Part shown: positions 29,801 through 38,353 of the stretch, piece after piece | Layout: every line of letters starts with the position of its first letter | How positions within the stretch are numbered: position 1 is the first letter of the stretch | Source: a virus | Lineage: Duplodnaviria; Caudoviricetes | DNA: 64,000 nt | IMG/VR virus record: IMGVR_UViG_2687453683_000002 | Coordinates: 32,001 to 96,000 of that record | Strand: one strand, 5' to 3' | Notes under the pieces: model-generated | Databases searched by the model: none | What the model was told of the DNA's origin: nothing | The model's input: the letters and a program-made list of their open reading frames with translations, nothing else | Made by a program: the position numbers and the translations under genes

Positions 29801-30359
29801 TGATTTTGTTTAAGTGGGCATACCTTGTCTGCCACCCGTTTCCGTGATTAACGTAGACGACTTTACCGTACCCTCTTAAGGTGCTGGCGATGGCTACTGT
29901 ACCTGCCCACACAGCGTAAACAGGGTCGTTCATCGCAAGGTCAAGGTCAATCCCTTTATGCTTTTTACGGGAACAGCGAGGGTCTGTCTCGAACCAATCG
30001 GTGATATACATCCCGTTGATGGTTCGCTCCCCATTCTCCTTCCCGTGCATCGTTGAACTTGCTTTTATTGGCATGGAGAAGTCTGCGTTTCTCAGGTCGG
30101 TGCTGGTATCAATCAGCGTACCGTCAACGTAGTTCGTAATCTTCTCCGCTTTGTCGATGGATAGCATATCATTCACTGCACTGTCTACCACATACTGGAC
30201 TGCATCGTATTTTCTACGGAAGCCCCGCACGTATGATGTTTTGTCCAACTCTACGATTACCTTCGGCTCGTTCCCTAGCGCGTTTACACGCTCCATGATG
30301 CCTTGTAGCAACTGCCTTGAAGGGTAGTTAACGTTAGATACATAAACCACTTCAGCCAC
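26862..30359 (-). CDS. Tail-associated lysin/baseplate hub: M23 peptidase + 3D domain + C-terminal hub
   Basis: M23 motifs HKGID, YAHL, HLHFE; 3D motifs ATAY, IIAVDPSVIPL, ADDTGGDIKGNRIDI; hub-like VRVFTGMI and VKGNPLIELLD. Confidence 0.9.
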   Translation of the reverse strand: MAEVVYVSNVNYPSRQLLQGIMERVNALGNEPKVIVELDKTSYVRGFRRKYDAVQYVVDSAVNDMLSIDKAEKITNYVDGTLIDTSTDLRNADFSMPIKASSTMHGKENGERTINGMYITDWFETDPRCSRKKHKGIDLDLAMNDPVYAVWAGTVAIASTLRGYGKVVYVNHGNGWQTRYAHLNKISVSVGDKVNAGGIVGLGGNTGHSISSGGGDGTHLHFEVRFNDVAQNPEPYLRGKKTIQTASKKIDPRNIQDASVLMDAPEVMADSTSYVEYNMEATAYVADCPGCIGITRGGTDVRTWKNWKIIAVDPSVIPLKSKVELIVNGTSWGEYLADDTGGDIKGNRIDILYDTKANALKFGRQPVVVRVKSWGDGKPRTADSTGDASIDKEIVTYQYNRTTTKQTYFKEFTTKKTALDVKKYTETNGAVQMTVVDDKTSMNVLGFNGTGGAGQAKTLIFEHDWFKAGNLGWAYFSDLELDDTIIVTVNDYEVVRINGVSAKNGVAYPPSIPMPKGHNVVKFTFANSSKASRGKFGILWLRAKEFDVETVESKAMWDFEDGMNSANNWTPYSTVVQKDKGDYQAISTSGGEAGIERLGKIKKFPFTINFSLKTAAGTSGKLVISDGTKGFLLNIKDDQIYTSGGGTFKLNTTSDFIEYTVVCHDQTDIDVYVKINDVWVNTGIRGAAFDYPYQSRILFAVTDGTMYLDSVKYAANDYAIEQLATAIGDTYDEKWYEVGDFVYEDMYTIEKDVMSWEINTHLDTTISTARLTLDNSSGIYSPSWERRPEFPDSFKTDKSPLSYYEEGELRHVISEYTPIRIYAGYGEEVVRVFTGMIKGEITENSEEKTVSFSCVDRYDMLEEFIFYKPMQYPPEEAYAGDSGAFSWIKSSIVEDIVVHAGMSTWKFHSEDMSNPDYVIEDTVYIDVNKGKNTFMKFNKESGELEAVTQQNIMEVGGWQNPFVASVSFSIGTNASDAVQSIIQDIPYRAYCDRYGTFRMEKMDFLDSPDWAMVAGMKWEFIDGENLLEVTSSTDYSRVRNHLMISGTAGIVEHFFDKSLIIATKGNIRTAGAQLDWIEEIDGNSMRDLKEDVANKIFFDYKRQARTKNVVVKGNPLIELLDSVYVYDSKTFTANYFLVKGNRIVGNSDGIVNYLELTWQSISEVG

Positions 30360-30364
30360 CTGCC

Positions 30365-31408
30365 TTATCTATATTTCTCCGTAATCCACTCTATAAATCT
30401 GTTGAGGAAGGTTACGGCTTCCGCTCTTGTAATACACGCTTCCGGTTCAAACTGACCATCTTCATAAAGCGGGAACACATAACACCCGTCATGGAATTTT
30501 TCATCCAACAGGGTCAGTACGTCGTTCGAGTACCATCTGGAAAGGATAACATCCTTATCCAGAATCGGTCTCAGCGGCGTATCATTGTATGTGAACGCAC
30601 GATCGGTGTACCGATTATGCAGATTCTCGTAAATACGGCTCATAAGTGAGAAGAAGTCTCCGCGACGAATACGAACGTCTCCGAAAAATCTGTCGTTGTA
30701 CGTCACTCGCCCTGATTCCACGACGACCGTTTCACTTGTACGTCTACTCACCCCTTTAATTACGGCGTTATACCCTATGACAGCAGGGAAGCCATTGTAC
30801 ATGTATGGCAAGTAAACTTCACCCTTATGAATGACAAACACGTCACGCTGAAATCCGATCGTGTTCCGGATGACCACGCCTGCATCACTTCCTGCGCCAA
30901 CGGTGACGAGAAGTCTCTTCAGCTTCACCCCAAGGACTGTACAAGACTCCGGTTGGTTGCTGTAGCTGAAATGGTATGTTGAAGCATACTTCAGGGTTGC
31001 GTGTGGCATCCGGTAGTCGCCTACTCCATTGTAAGGGGTATTGACACACCCGATATCTTTCCGGTCAGGGATGCCATAAGCAATGACCACGACTTCGATG
31101 CCCGCCGACAGCGGGTTGGTCATGGTTACTTTTCCGTTCTCTACCTTCTCAGGAAGAACCTCCACTCCGTTCACGATAACGAACACCGGATTACTCAAGT
31201 GGTATTTGTAATCAGGTACAAGAAACTCTTGCTGTCCGCTTACGGTCACGAAGCGCTTGACCATTCGCTCGTACCCTTCTTTGAACACGTTGTACGTCAT
31301 GCCGCTTAAGACTTCTACGTCACCTGTCAAATCCGTTCTCATACGGGTAATCTCAAGTGTGTCACGGTAATACCAATCCAGCGGATCTACGTCAATCCAT
31401 CTTTTCAT
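30365..31408 (-). CDS. SLH-domain tail protein (two SLH-like motifs, the first split by an insertion)
   Basis: WIDVDPLDWYY...IRRGDFFSLMSR; RWYSNDV...FEPEACITRAEAVTFLNR. Confidence 0.75.
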   Translation of the reverse strand: MKRWIDVDPLDWYYRDTLEITRMRTDLTGDVEVLSGMTYNVFKEGYERMVKRFVTVSGQQEFLVPDYKYHLSNPVFVIVNGVEVLPEKVENGKVTMTNPLSAGIEVVVIAYGIPDRKDIGCVNTPYNGVGDYRMPHATLKYASTYHFSYSNQPESCTVLGVKLKRLLVTVGAGSDAGVVIRNTIGFQRDVFVIHKGEVYLPYMYNGFPAVIGYNAVIKGVSRRTSETVVVESGRVTYNDRFFGDVRIRRGDFFSLMSRIYENLHNRYTDRAFTYNDTPLRPILDKDVILSRWYSNDVLTLLDEKFHDGCYVFPLYEDGQFEPEACITRAEAVTFLNRFIEWITEKYR

Positions 31409-31411
31409 TTC

Positions 31412-32032
31412 TTAGTACCCCCTCAGCAACTTGTCTACGTGTCGGTACGTCCGCATAAGAAACGTAATGGATTCTGCTCTTGTAGCCGCTTCGTCCGGAC
31501 GGAAGTAAACCACAGACTCCCCGTCTGCTTCCCAGTTCGTGGCGATAAGTCCAAGCTGCTGCATATTGTCGATATACTTGTTTGCCCAATGATTTTCGAT
31601 ATCAATGAACTCTGTCATGTACTTGTACTCAAAATCTTGCTTGCGGACGAGAGACATGCCGATGGTTACGATGTACTTCGTTTCCATCTCAGCGGTTTTA
31701 ATATCGGGTTCTCCAGTTACGATGCCGATGTAAACTGTACCTTTCTCGTCGTAATACTTATGTTGAGAGCCGATGAACTGAAGCCAGTCGGCATATTCCT
31801 TCTTAGAATAAAACAGCATGGTTAGGGTAGCGTTATAATGAGACGTTCCGTTTTGCACAAGCCCGGCCGAAGAGGCCAAGGTCTGGTTGACATGGGTCTT
31901 CAGGTAAGGCGTTGGCGGTTTGTACTCCGTAATCAGCTTTGCCTTGACCTGATTAAACTGGACTCCGTTGTCGTAAAACAGTTTCTTCTTATACACCGAA
32001 TCCTCTGACAAGAGGTTATTTTGTTGTGTCAT
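31412..32032 (-). CDS. Distal-tail (Dit-like) protein with C-terminal SLH domain
   Basis: Immediately after TMP; FIDIENHWANKYI...FRPDEAATRAESITFLMR; start moved to MTQQNN (RBS AGGAGG). Confidence 0.75.
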   Translation of the reverse strand: MTQQNNLLSEDSVYKKKLFYDNGVQFNQVKAKLITEYKPPTPYLKTHVNQTLASSAGLVQNGTSHYNATLTMLFYSKKEYADWLQFIGSQHKYYDEKGTVYIGIVTGEPDIKTAEMETKYIVTIGMSLVRKQDFEYKYMTEFIDIENHWANKYIDNMQQLGLIATNWEADGESVVYFRPDEAATRAESITFLMRTYRHVDKLLRGY

Positions 32033-32053
32033 GACCTTACCTCCTATAAAATA

Positions 32054-32094
32054 ACTCCCCATCTCATTATAAGACGGGGAGTGGTTTCACTAAC
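32054..32094 (-). promoter_or_regulatory. Terminator hairpin whose loop holds the -10 of a putative late promoter (GTTAG-N16-CTTATAATG)
   Basis: ACTCCCCGTCT-TATAATG-AGATGGGGAGT on minus strand; motif at 32065-32094. Confidence 0.65.
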
Positions 32095-35000
32095 TTCGGT
32101 AGTTGCTAGGATTCATCGCCTGTTGGCTACGAAGGCTTCCTACCCGCCCTACAGACAAGCCTTGTCCAATGGACTGTCCGACTTGTTGCAACTGGCGGTT
32201 TGTCATGCCGTTGGTGATGTTAGGAAGAGTGATGTTGACGGTGACATCTCCTGTACCGATCGTTGTCGTGTTATGAGTGTTGCCACGGGTAAGGTACTCG
32301 TAGCGGCTCATAGCACTTACTCCATTAGGCATGTTGAACGTTCCCGCTGTGGATTTCATTTCATCCAAGATGCCCAACTGAGCCTGTAAAGATTGCTTTT
32401 GCAAGTCACGGATTTCGGCGTTAATCTTAGTTGTTTCGTCCGCTCCCGCTGCAGGAAGTTTAGCTCTCAGATCGGCAATGACCTGGTTGATTTCAGATAC
32501 CTCTTCCTTGGCATTGGCAATCCGCTTGTTACGAAGGATCGGCGAGGAGTCATCAGGGTTTCCAGTTCGTAGCTTGAGTTCCAGCAACTCATTCTCACGG
32601 TCAGAACTGTTGTCCTGAATCTTAGCCCTGCCAATTCCGATGGAAGCAAGGTTGTACTCTTTAATCAGGGCTTGCTCATTGGCAATTGTATTCTGTAGCT
32701 GTAAAACCTGCGTTGCCTGGTCTTCGGAAAGGTCTCCGATGGCTTGGATTGCTTGAAGGTTTGCCAGCTCATTTTTCATCTGAGATAGCTTATTCAGTGT
32801 AATCTTCTTCATGGTGTCCAAGTATTCTTGAGACTGAGTGTCCATGTTGTACGCAGCCGCCAATTCTTTTGCTTGAGCAATAAGGTCAATGCGAGACAAG
32901 CTGTTGTTAACCTTACGGACCTGACCTTGATACGTTTCTTGTTTTGTGTTCCACTCTTGCTGAAGAATGTCAACTTCCCCTTCGGATGCCACTTTATCTC
33001 TTGTCGAAGTAAGGTTATCATAAGCAGTTTTGGCATCGGCGTACTCTTGCGACTCAGGGTCAGCGCTGTCCATGACCGCCTTGGCGTTGGCGATATACTT
33101 GTCAATGATATCCAGTTCTTCATTCAATACCTGTCGCATGGATTCGGTCTGATTCTTACGAAGTGCAATGTACTCGTCGGAATCAGTCTTCATTCCGCTC
33201 ATTAGGGCACGAAGCGTGTCAATTTGACTGGTGTCCTTAATCTCATTGATACGGTCAGAGACACGGCTTAGAACAGAGCCAGAGTCGATGGAAGAGAACT
33301 CGGCTGCACCTTCCTTGTACTTCTCGTCATATTCCTTCTCCGCATTCTCTTGGAGTCTCTTGTCCTCTGCCTCTTTAAGTTTTGTTGCTTCGTACTGCTT
33401 GTTTATGGCTTTCTGTCGCATCTTTTCTGTTTCTGCAGCACGCCCAGACTTTGCATTGAACTCAGCAACGGCTTCCTCTACTGTCTGTCCACCGCTGGCT
33501 TCCCGTTGTTTGAGCCATTTTGAAAATTCTTCACCAGTTCCTGAGAAATTGTAATAATTCATTATCTCGCCCATAATGCCAAGTTCCTCCGGTTTGTATC
33601 CTTTAGTCTTGAAAGGATTGGAAGGTCCACCTTGGGCTTCAAAGACACCGAGGTCGGATGGAGTTCCACCGAAAAAGGATGATATTCCGTTCTTTGCAGA
33701 GTAGAAAAGCCCCATCAAGTTATTCCGATTCTTAGCCCAACCGCCTTCAGCAAGCGCGTTAAACGTGTTAGCCATGCCTTTCAGGTCGTTGTCACGGTCG
33801 TCAGCCTGAGCAAGTAACCTTTCGTCATCTGTTGACAGGTAGGACTCTGTCAATCCTTTAGCCGCTTGAGCGAGACCGATTGCCCCAGCAATCTCCATAG
33901 CCATCTTAGCGAAACCTCCCGCCAAGTTTTTAACAGAAACCAGAGCCCCCTTGCTTAAGTCTGGAATATCCTTCAAGAACTGTTTGAACCCATTCTTGAG
34001 GGATGCCGTAGAAGACATTCCAGAGTTCATGCCTCGTACAGCATTGGACAGATCTCCGAAGGCAGGGGAGGCTTGTCGAGCAGAAGCAGCGGCTTCCCGC
34101 TGGGTCTTCTCGTAATCATCCATCGCAGTACTCAGTTTTTGGATATCGTCAATCGGAGGTAAGCCGTTTCGCTGTCTGTCCACCAAGTGGTCTTCAAATC
34201 CCTGGAAATCTCCTTGAGACATTTGGGACATCCTATCGGACAATTTAGAGTAATTGCTATCGCTTGCTCTATGTGTATTAAACACTCCTTGATTAGCGGT
34301 ACTGCTGTTCAGGGTGGTCAGGAGGCTAGGGGTAAGGACGGAAGCCAATTCAGTTCGGGTACTTAGGCGGCTGTTGTACTGCTTCGTCCGGTCGAATTTT
34401 TCATCATCCGTCAACTCCTTGCCCGGATTCCAATTTTTAGCTTCGTCCATCGTGCTAAATAGAGTCGGCAAGTCTTTAACCTCTACCTTATTAGAATCCA
34501 GGTAGTTCTCATAGTGCTTGCGTTGCTTTTCCGTCAATCCGTTCAAATCACGTAAATAACCACCAAGTAATGGGTCTTTCTGCATCTCCCCGACCTCTTT
34601 ACGCGTCATGTTCTTGATAGAATTATCAACATTCATGCCCGATACGTTCTCCAGAAATGAAGTACGTGCAGACTCCCTCTCGAAGTTTGCACCAATCTTC
34701 CCAGCGCCCCACTTAACTCCCTTAAGCAGCATCATCCCAATCAATACGTTAGTTAGCACGTCTCCTAACTTGACGAACAATTGGGCATTCTTTGTCACGT
34801 TTTCTGCCATGTTCATAAGTGCGTAGGACACTTTATTGATGGTAGGGGTCATCTCCTGAACAAGAGCATCAAAGGCAATCGTTATGCTTTGCCCTGCCCG
34901 TTTAGTGTTGACGAGTGGGTTGTCTACAGATGACTTAACCATGTTCTCATATTTAGATTTATCAAAGTTTCCACTAACTTCCATGACCTTAACGAACGTG

Positions 35001-37342
35001 TTCATAATTTCGTGCATCGTAGCCGCACCTTTGGAAGATTGATACGTGCCAAACAAAGCATCATTGGTATCGCGAACGGTAGGGCTGTCTGCACCGGACA
35101 ACTTCTGAGCAATGGCCTTAAACAGTTCTTCCTCTGGAACAAGAATCTTTGCTCCTGTGTCATCAACTTTCGCTAGACCAAGTTCCTGCAATTTTTTCAT
35201 AGCCTCAGGAGATTGAAGTCTGTTGGCTACTTCTGCACCGTCGTCGCCGTAGTATGGATCAACCTGTGATTTATCCATTTTGTTCAGTGCATTAGGAGAC
35301 CGTAACCTGCTCAGAATGGAGTTGTAGAAGTTACTGACATTCGCCCCTTCAAGTGATTTTGCTTGGAGAGTCGTACCCGCCATAACGATTGCCGTTTCAG
35401 GGTCAACTTTGGAACTTGAACTTTTCAGTGCATCAATAATTTGCTCAATACTTGTTTTAGTCACGTCAGATACAACCGCCAAAGGTTGTGCGATTCTATC
35501 CTCCAGGTCAGCCACCCCAAGTCCAAACTGAGCCTTCGTTGAGGCAAGACCATTGGCAATATTGCCAGGGCTACTTCCAGGGGCTAGTGCATTCAACTGT
35601 GCAGTTACGCGGACAAACTCCTTCATCTCTACAGGGTCATCAAGCAAACCAGAAGCCATGCCCCCTACTTGATAAAGCTGTTTGTAATCCGTGCCATAAA
35701 ACATAGACTGCTGTCTGATAAAGTTTTGCAGATCGCTGACCGTACTCTCCACGCCAGCCATGTTCGTCTTTTCAAGAGAGTTGCCGTCTTTGTCTTGGTT
35801 ATATTCGTCCTTCTGCTTCAAGTTCTGCATCATTTTAAGCTTTTCAGGCTGAATATTCTTAAACGCCTCAACCGCTTTAGACATCGCCATCATTAGAGCA
35901 TTATCGAAGGCTCCCGAAATTCTTTGACGCATGATGTTGATGATTGCCCCTTGTACAGCTTCGGCGTTAACCGCTCCCGATCCACTATCCTTTTCACTGT
36001 TACTGCTTCCTTTGGATGCAGTTCCTCCACCGTCGCTGTGACTGTCAGAAGAAGACGAACCAGAACGAGGAGTAGAAAGGCCAAGTCCTCCTGCATTCCG
36101 AATCTGAGTATCACTGTTAAGTCCACCTGGTCCGGATTGAACCTTATTAATCTCTTGGATGATCGACTGCACCTGAACGTTTACCTGCTCACGGATTTTG
36201 TTAATTAACGCTTTGTTGAGGCGGTTAATCTGATTCACGAGGTGATGCTTCAGCTTAGTTTCAGGGGTGATTTGCACATCATTTATTGCCGTTATTAATT
36301 GGTCAATCTCTTCCTGAACATTGTTGCTCAATTTCTTGTCAAGAGTCTTTGCCACTCGTTCAAGTTGAGCCTTCAATCCAGCGCCACGAATAGAGCCTAA
36401 ATCGACCGTGCCGAGCGCTTCCAGCTTGTCCACCGTAGTGTCAAGTTCCTGAGCAAGAATCTTCTTGACCTTCTTGCTCAGGTCGCCTAACGGAATCTGC
36501 ATCTTGCCCGCCATTGCAGTGTTAATTCCTGCAACGGTTTTGTTGACGTATTCATTCAGGCTTTGTTCAAGTTCGTTAGGGATTCTCTTTACCTTGTCCG
36601 CAACTTCCATTCCGCTCATGTCAGGAACTTCAACATCTATTGCCTTCAACAATTTTTCCTTAGCTTCCTTGATTACCTTGTTCAAGTCTGCCTTGGAAAT
36701 TTTCATGTCGCTGGCATCGGCTACGTCAAGGTTCTGAAGCATACTCACAATCTTTTGTTTGATTTTATTGACGAAAGCGATGACCGTTTCCTTGCCAATC
36801 GTAATCTGTAAACGGTCAAGAGTTTCCGATTTCATCAGATTGGATTTTTGCTTCTGGATAGCACTGACAAGGTTTCGAATTTGTAGATTGATGACCTTGG
36901 CTACTTCTTTATTAATCTCGTTAAATCCATCTTTACTGATAGGAAGCTGTTGCCCGCCGGCGTAGTTAGGGTCGATCTCAATGTGCATGTTACGAACGTA
37001 CGTCCGCAACTCTTCATTAATTTCATTTTCAACTTTGCCCAAGATACCTTGAAAAGTCTCAGGTTTAACCGTGAGCCCAGCAGAACCTAACTGCTCAAGA
37101 ACAATCCCGTTCCCTGTGATGAAATTGTTGAGTTCATTTGTCAACGACTGACGGAGATTGCTTCCAGCCCCACGTGATACCTGCGATTGCAAACCGGACA
37201 GAGACGAACGCATTGCGTCAATCCGCTGCTCCAATCTACCAAAACGAGAATCGAGAGTTTCCATCTCCTGCCCATATCGAGCCATATGATCTATGGATTT
37301 CTGCAACTCTAAAATCACGTCAGTTTGGATTTTGTTGTTCAT
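32090..37342 (-). CDS. Tail tape measure protein (1750 aa)
   Basis: Long helical protein after the chaperone pair, with hydrophobic segment and C-terminal GDVTVNITLPN motif. Confidence 0.9.
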   Translation of the reverse strand: MNNKIQTDVILELQKSIDHMARYGQEMETLDSRFGRLEQRIDAMRSSLSGLQSQVSRGAGSNLRQSLTNELNNFITGNGIVLEQLGSAGLTVKPETFQGILGKVENEINEELRTYVRNMHIEIDPNYAGGQQLPISKDGFNEINKEVAKVINLQIRNLVSAIQKQKSNLMKSETLDRLQITIGKETVIAFVNKIKQKIVSMLQNLDVADASDMKISKADLNKVIKEAKEKLLKAIDVEVPDMSGMEVADKVKRIPNELEQSLNEYVNKTVAGINTAMAGKMQIPLGDLSKKVKKILAQELDTTVDKLEALGTVDLGSIRGAGLKAQLERVAKTLDKKLSNNVQEEIDQLITAINDVQITPETKLKHHLVNQINRLNKALINKIREQVNVQVQSIIQEINKVQSGPGGLNSDTQIRNAGGLGLSTPRSGSSSSDSHSDGGGTASKGSSNSEKDSGSGAVNAEAVQGAIINIMRQRISGAFDNALMMAMSKAVEAFKNIQPEKLKMMQNLKQKDEYNQDKDGNSLEKTNMAGVESTVSDLQNFIRQQSMFYGTDYKQLYQVGGMASGLLDDPVEMKEFVRVTAQLNALAPGSSPGNIANGLASTKAQFGLGVADLEDRIAQPLAVVSDVTKTSIEQIIDALKSSSSKVDPETAIVMAGTTLQAKSLEGANVSNFYNSILSRLRSPNALNKMDKSQVDPYYGDDGAEVANRLQSPEAMKKLQELGLAKVDDTGAKILVPEEELFKAIAQKLSGADSPTVRDTNDALFGTYQSSKGAATMHEIMNTFVKVMEVSGNFDKSKYENMVKSSVDNPLVNTKRAGQSITIAFDALVQEMTPTINKVSYALMNMAENVTKNAQLFVKLGDVLTNVLIGMMLLKGVKWGAGKIGANFERESARTSFLENVSGMNVDNSIKNMTRKEVGEMQKDPLLGGYLRDLNGLTEKQRKHYENYLDSNKVEVKDLPTLFSTMDEAKNWNPGKELTDDEKFDRTKQYNSRLSTRTELASVLTPSLLTTLNSSTANQGVFNTHRASDSNYSKLSDRMSQMSQGDFQGFEDHLVDRQRNGLPPIDDIQKLSTAMDDYEKTQREAAASARQASPAFGDLSNAVRGMNSGMSSTASLKNGFKQFLKDIPDLSKGALVSVKNLAGGFAKMAMEIAGAIGLAQAAKGLTESYLSTDDERLLAQADDRDNDLKGMANTFNALAEGGWAKNRNNLMGLFYSAKNGISSFFGGTPSDLGVFEAQGGPSNPFKTKGYKPEELGIMGEIMNYYNFSGTGEEFSKWLKQREASGGQTVEEAVAEFNAKSGRAAETEKMRQKAINKQYEATKLKEAEDKRLQENAEKEYDEKYKEGAAEFSSIDSGSVLSRVSDRINEIKDTSQIDTLRALMSGMKTDSDEYIALRKNQTESMRQVLNEELDIIDKYIANAKAVMDSADPESQEYADAKTAYDNLTSTRDKVASEGEVDILQQEWNTKQETYQGQVRKVNNSLSRIDLIAQAKELAAAYNMDTQSQEYLDTMKKITLNKLSQMKNELANLQAIQAIGDLSEDQATQVLQLQNTIANEQALIKEYNLASIGIGRAKIQDNSSDRENELLELKLRTGNPDDSSPILRNKRIANAKEEVSEINQVIADLRAKLPAAGADETTKINAEIRDLQKQSLQAQLGILDEMKSTAGTFNMPNGVSAMSRYEYLTRGNTHNTTTIGTGDVTVNITLPNITNGMTNRQLQQVGQSIGQGLSVGRVGSLRSQQAMNPSNYRS

Positions 37343-37362
37343 AGTCTCACCACCCTCATAAA

Positions 37363-37403
37363 ATAAAACTCCTGCCCCTCCCTAGAAGGAAGCAGAGCAG
37401 GAG
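37363..37403 (-). terminator. Terminator-like hairpin upstream of TMP
   Basis: CTCCTGCTCT/GGGGCAGGAG stem followed by TTTTATTTT on minus strand. Confidence 0.55.
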
Positions 37404-37406
37404 GAT

Positions 37407-37751
37407 TTATAATAGCTGTGCAAGGTAATTCATATCTTCCGCATCGGCTACTTTATAACCATTCACGTATTTACCGTCAGTTGTTACTTCCTCTTCACTG
37501 GTTGAATCACCAGCAGGAACGCTTCCGCCGAACAGGCCGCCAAGCGACATGGTAGAAACCTTGATCGTAAACTGAATGTGTTCGTTGCATTGTTCCAAGT
37601 AGTAACCTAACTGAGGTAAGGTTAACTGCCACACATCATGCTTTTTCAAGTGGCAGTAGTGGGCAAGTTTGAAGAAGATGTTAGCCCAATCGACAGGCGG
37701 CTGACTGTCATAGTCTTCTTCCTCTTCCAGAGTGGTTACATGGACTTTTTT
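37407..37751 (-). CDS. Tail assembly chaperone GT extension (-1 frame)
   Basis: Overlaps chaperone G in -1 frame; VWQLTLPQL motif typical of gpT-like segments. Confidence 0.8.
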   Translation of the reverse strand, partial: KKVHVTTLEEEEDYDSQPPVDWANIFFKLAHYCHLKKHDVWQLTLPQLGYYLEQCNEHIQFTIKVSTMSLGGLFGGSVPAGDSTSEEEVTTDGKYVNGYKVADAEDMNYLAQLL

Positions 37752-38194
37752 AGCCCATTGAGACCAATCATGCAATCGATAATCTGTTTAGCCGTCTCCA
37801 AATCAACGTACTCTCCAAGATGCTCGACCGTCATGTGTTTGTAATATGGCTTAAATGCCATAAGGAGCACTTCAAGCAATTCTTCAAATCTATCTTCCTC
37901 ATCTTCAGGGATAAGGTTAGCGATGATTACACCGGAATCAATCGTATTAAGTCTCTTCATCAATCTTCGAGCATCAAGCAACCCTAGTGGTGGGATGTAA
38001 TAGGTCTTACCGTCACGTAAGCGAACCTGTTCATCTGTCTCGAAGAATACTTTCTCACGAATGTCAGCTTCCTCTTGGGTCAGTGGCTTCTTCTCTTCTT
38101 CAGCTGTTACCTGTGGAGTCTGCTCTTCTACTTGACTGGCCACTTCTTCAGCGATGCCACCAGCTTTTGGAATAACTAAATCTCGTTCACTCAT
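37736..38194 (-). CDS. Tail assembly chaperone G
   Basis: Between tube and TMP; start moved to MSERDL (RBS AAGGGGG). Confidence 0.85.
   Translation of the reverse strand: MSERDLVIPKAGGIAEEVASQVEEQTPQVTAEEEKKPLTQEEADIREKVFFETDEQVRLRDGKTYYIPPLGLLDARRLMKRLNTIDSGVIIANLIPEDEEDRFEELLEVLLMAFKPYYKHMTVEHLGEYVDLETAKQIIDCMIGLNGLKKSM
37745..37751 (-). other. Programmed -1 frameshift slippery heptamer A AAA AAG
   Basis: CTA AAA AAG TCC ATG TAA in 0 frame; -1 frame reads KKVHVTTLEEE. Confidence 0.85.
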
Positions 38195-38283
38195 TTTAAT
38201 AGCCCCCTTTATAATTCTCCCCCAAGAAAAGTGAATCGAATTGACCACAGAGCGGGGGAAGTCCCTGCAATCAACTCACAGAA

Positions 38284-38313
38284 CATTCTAAGGAAGTAAA
38301 CCTAGACTCTAAC
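38284..38313 (-). promoter_or_regulatory. Putative late promoter (GTTAG-N16-CTTAGAATG)
   Basis: Motif match with one mismatch in -10. Confidence 0.55.
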
Positions 38314-38324
38314 ATTAGGTATGT

Positions 38325-38348
38325 AAAAAGACTCCCCGAAGGGAGTCT
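38325..38348 (-). terminator. Intrinsic terminator after tail tube gene
   Basis: AGACTCCC-TTCG-GGGAGTCT then TTTT on minus strand. Confidence 0.8.
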
Positions 38349-38353
38349 AGTGA

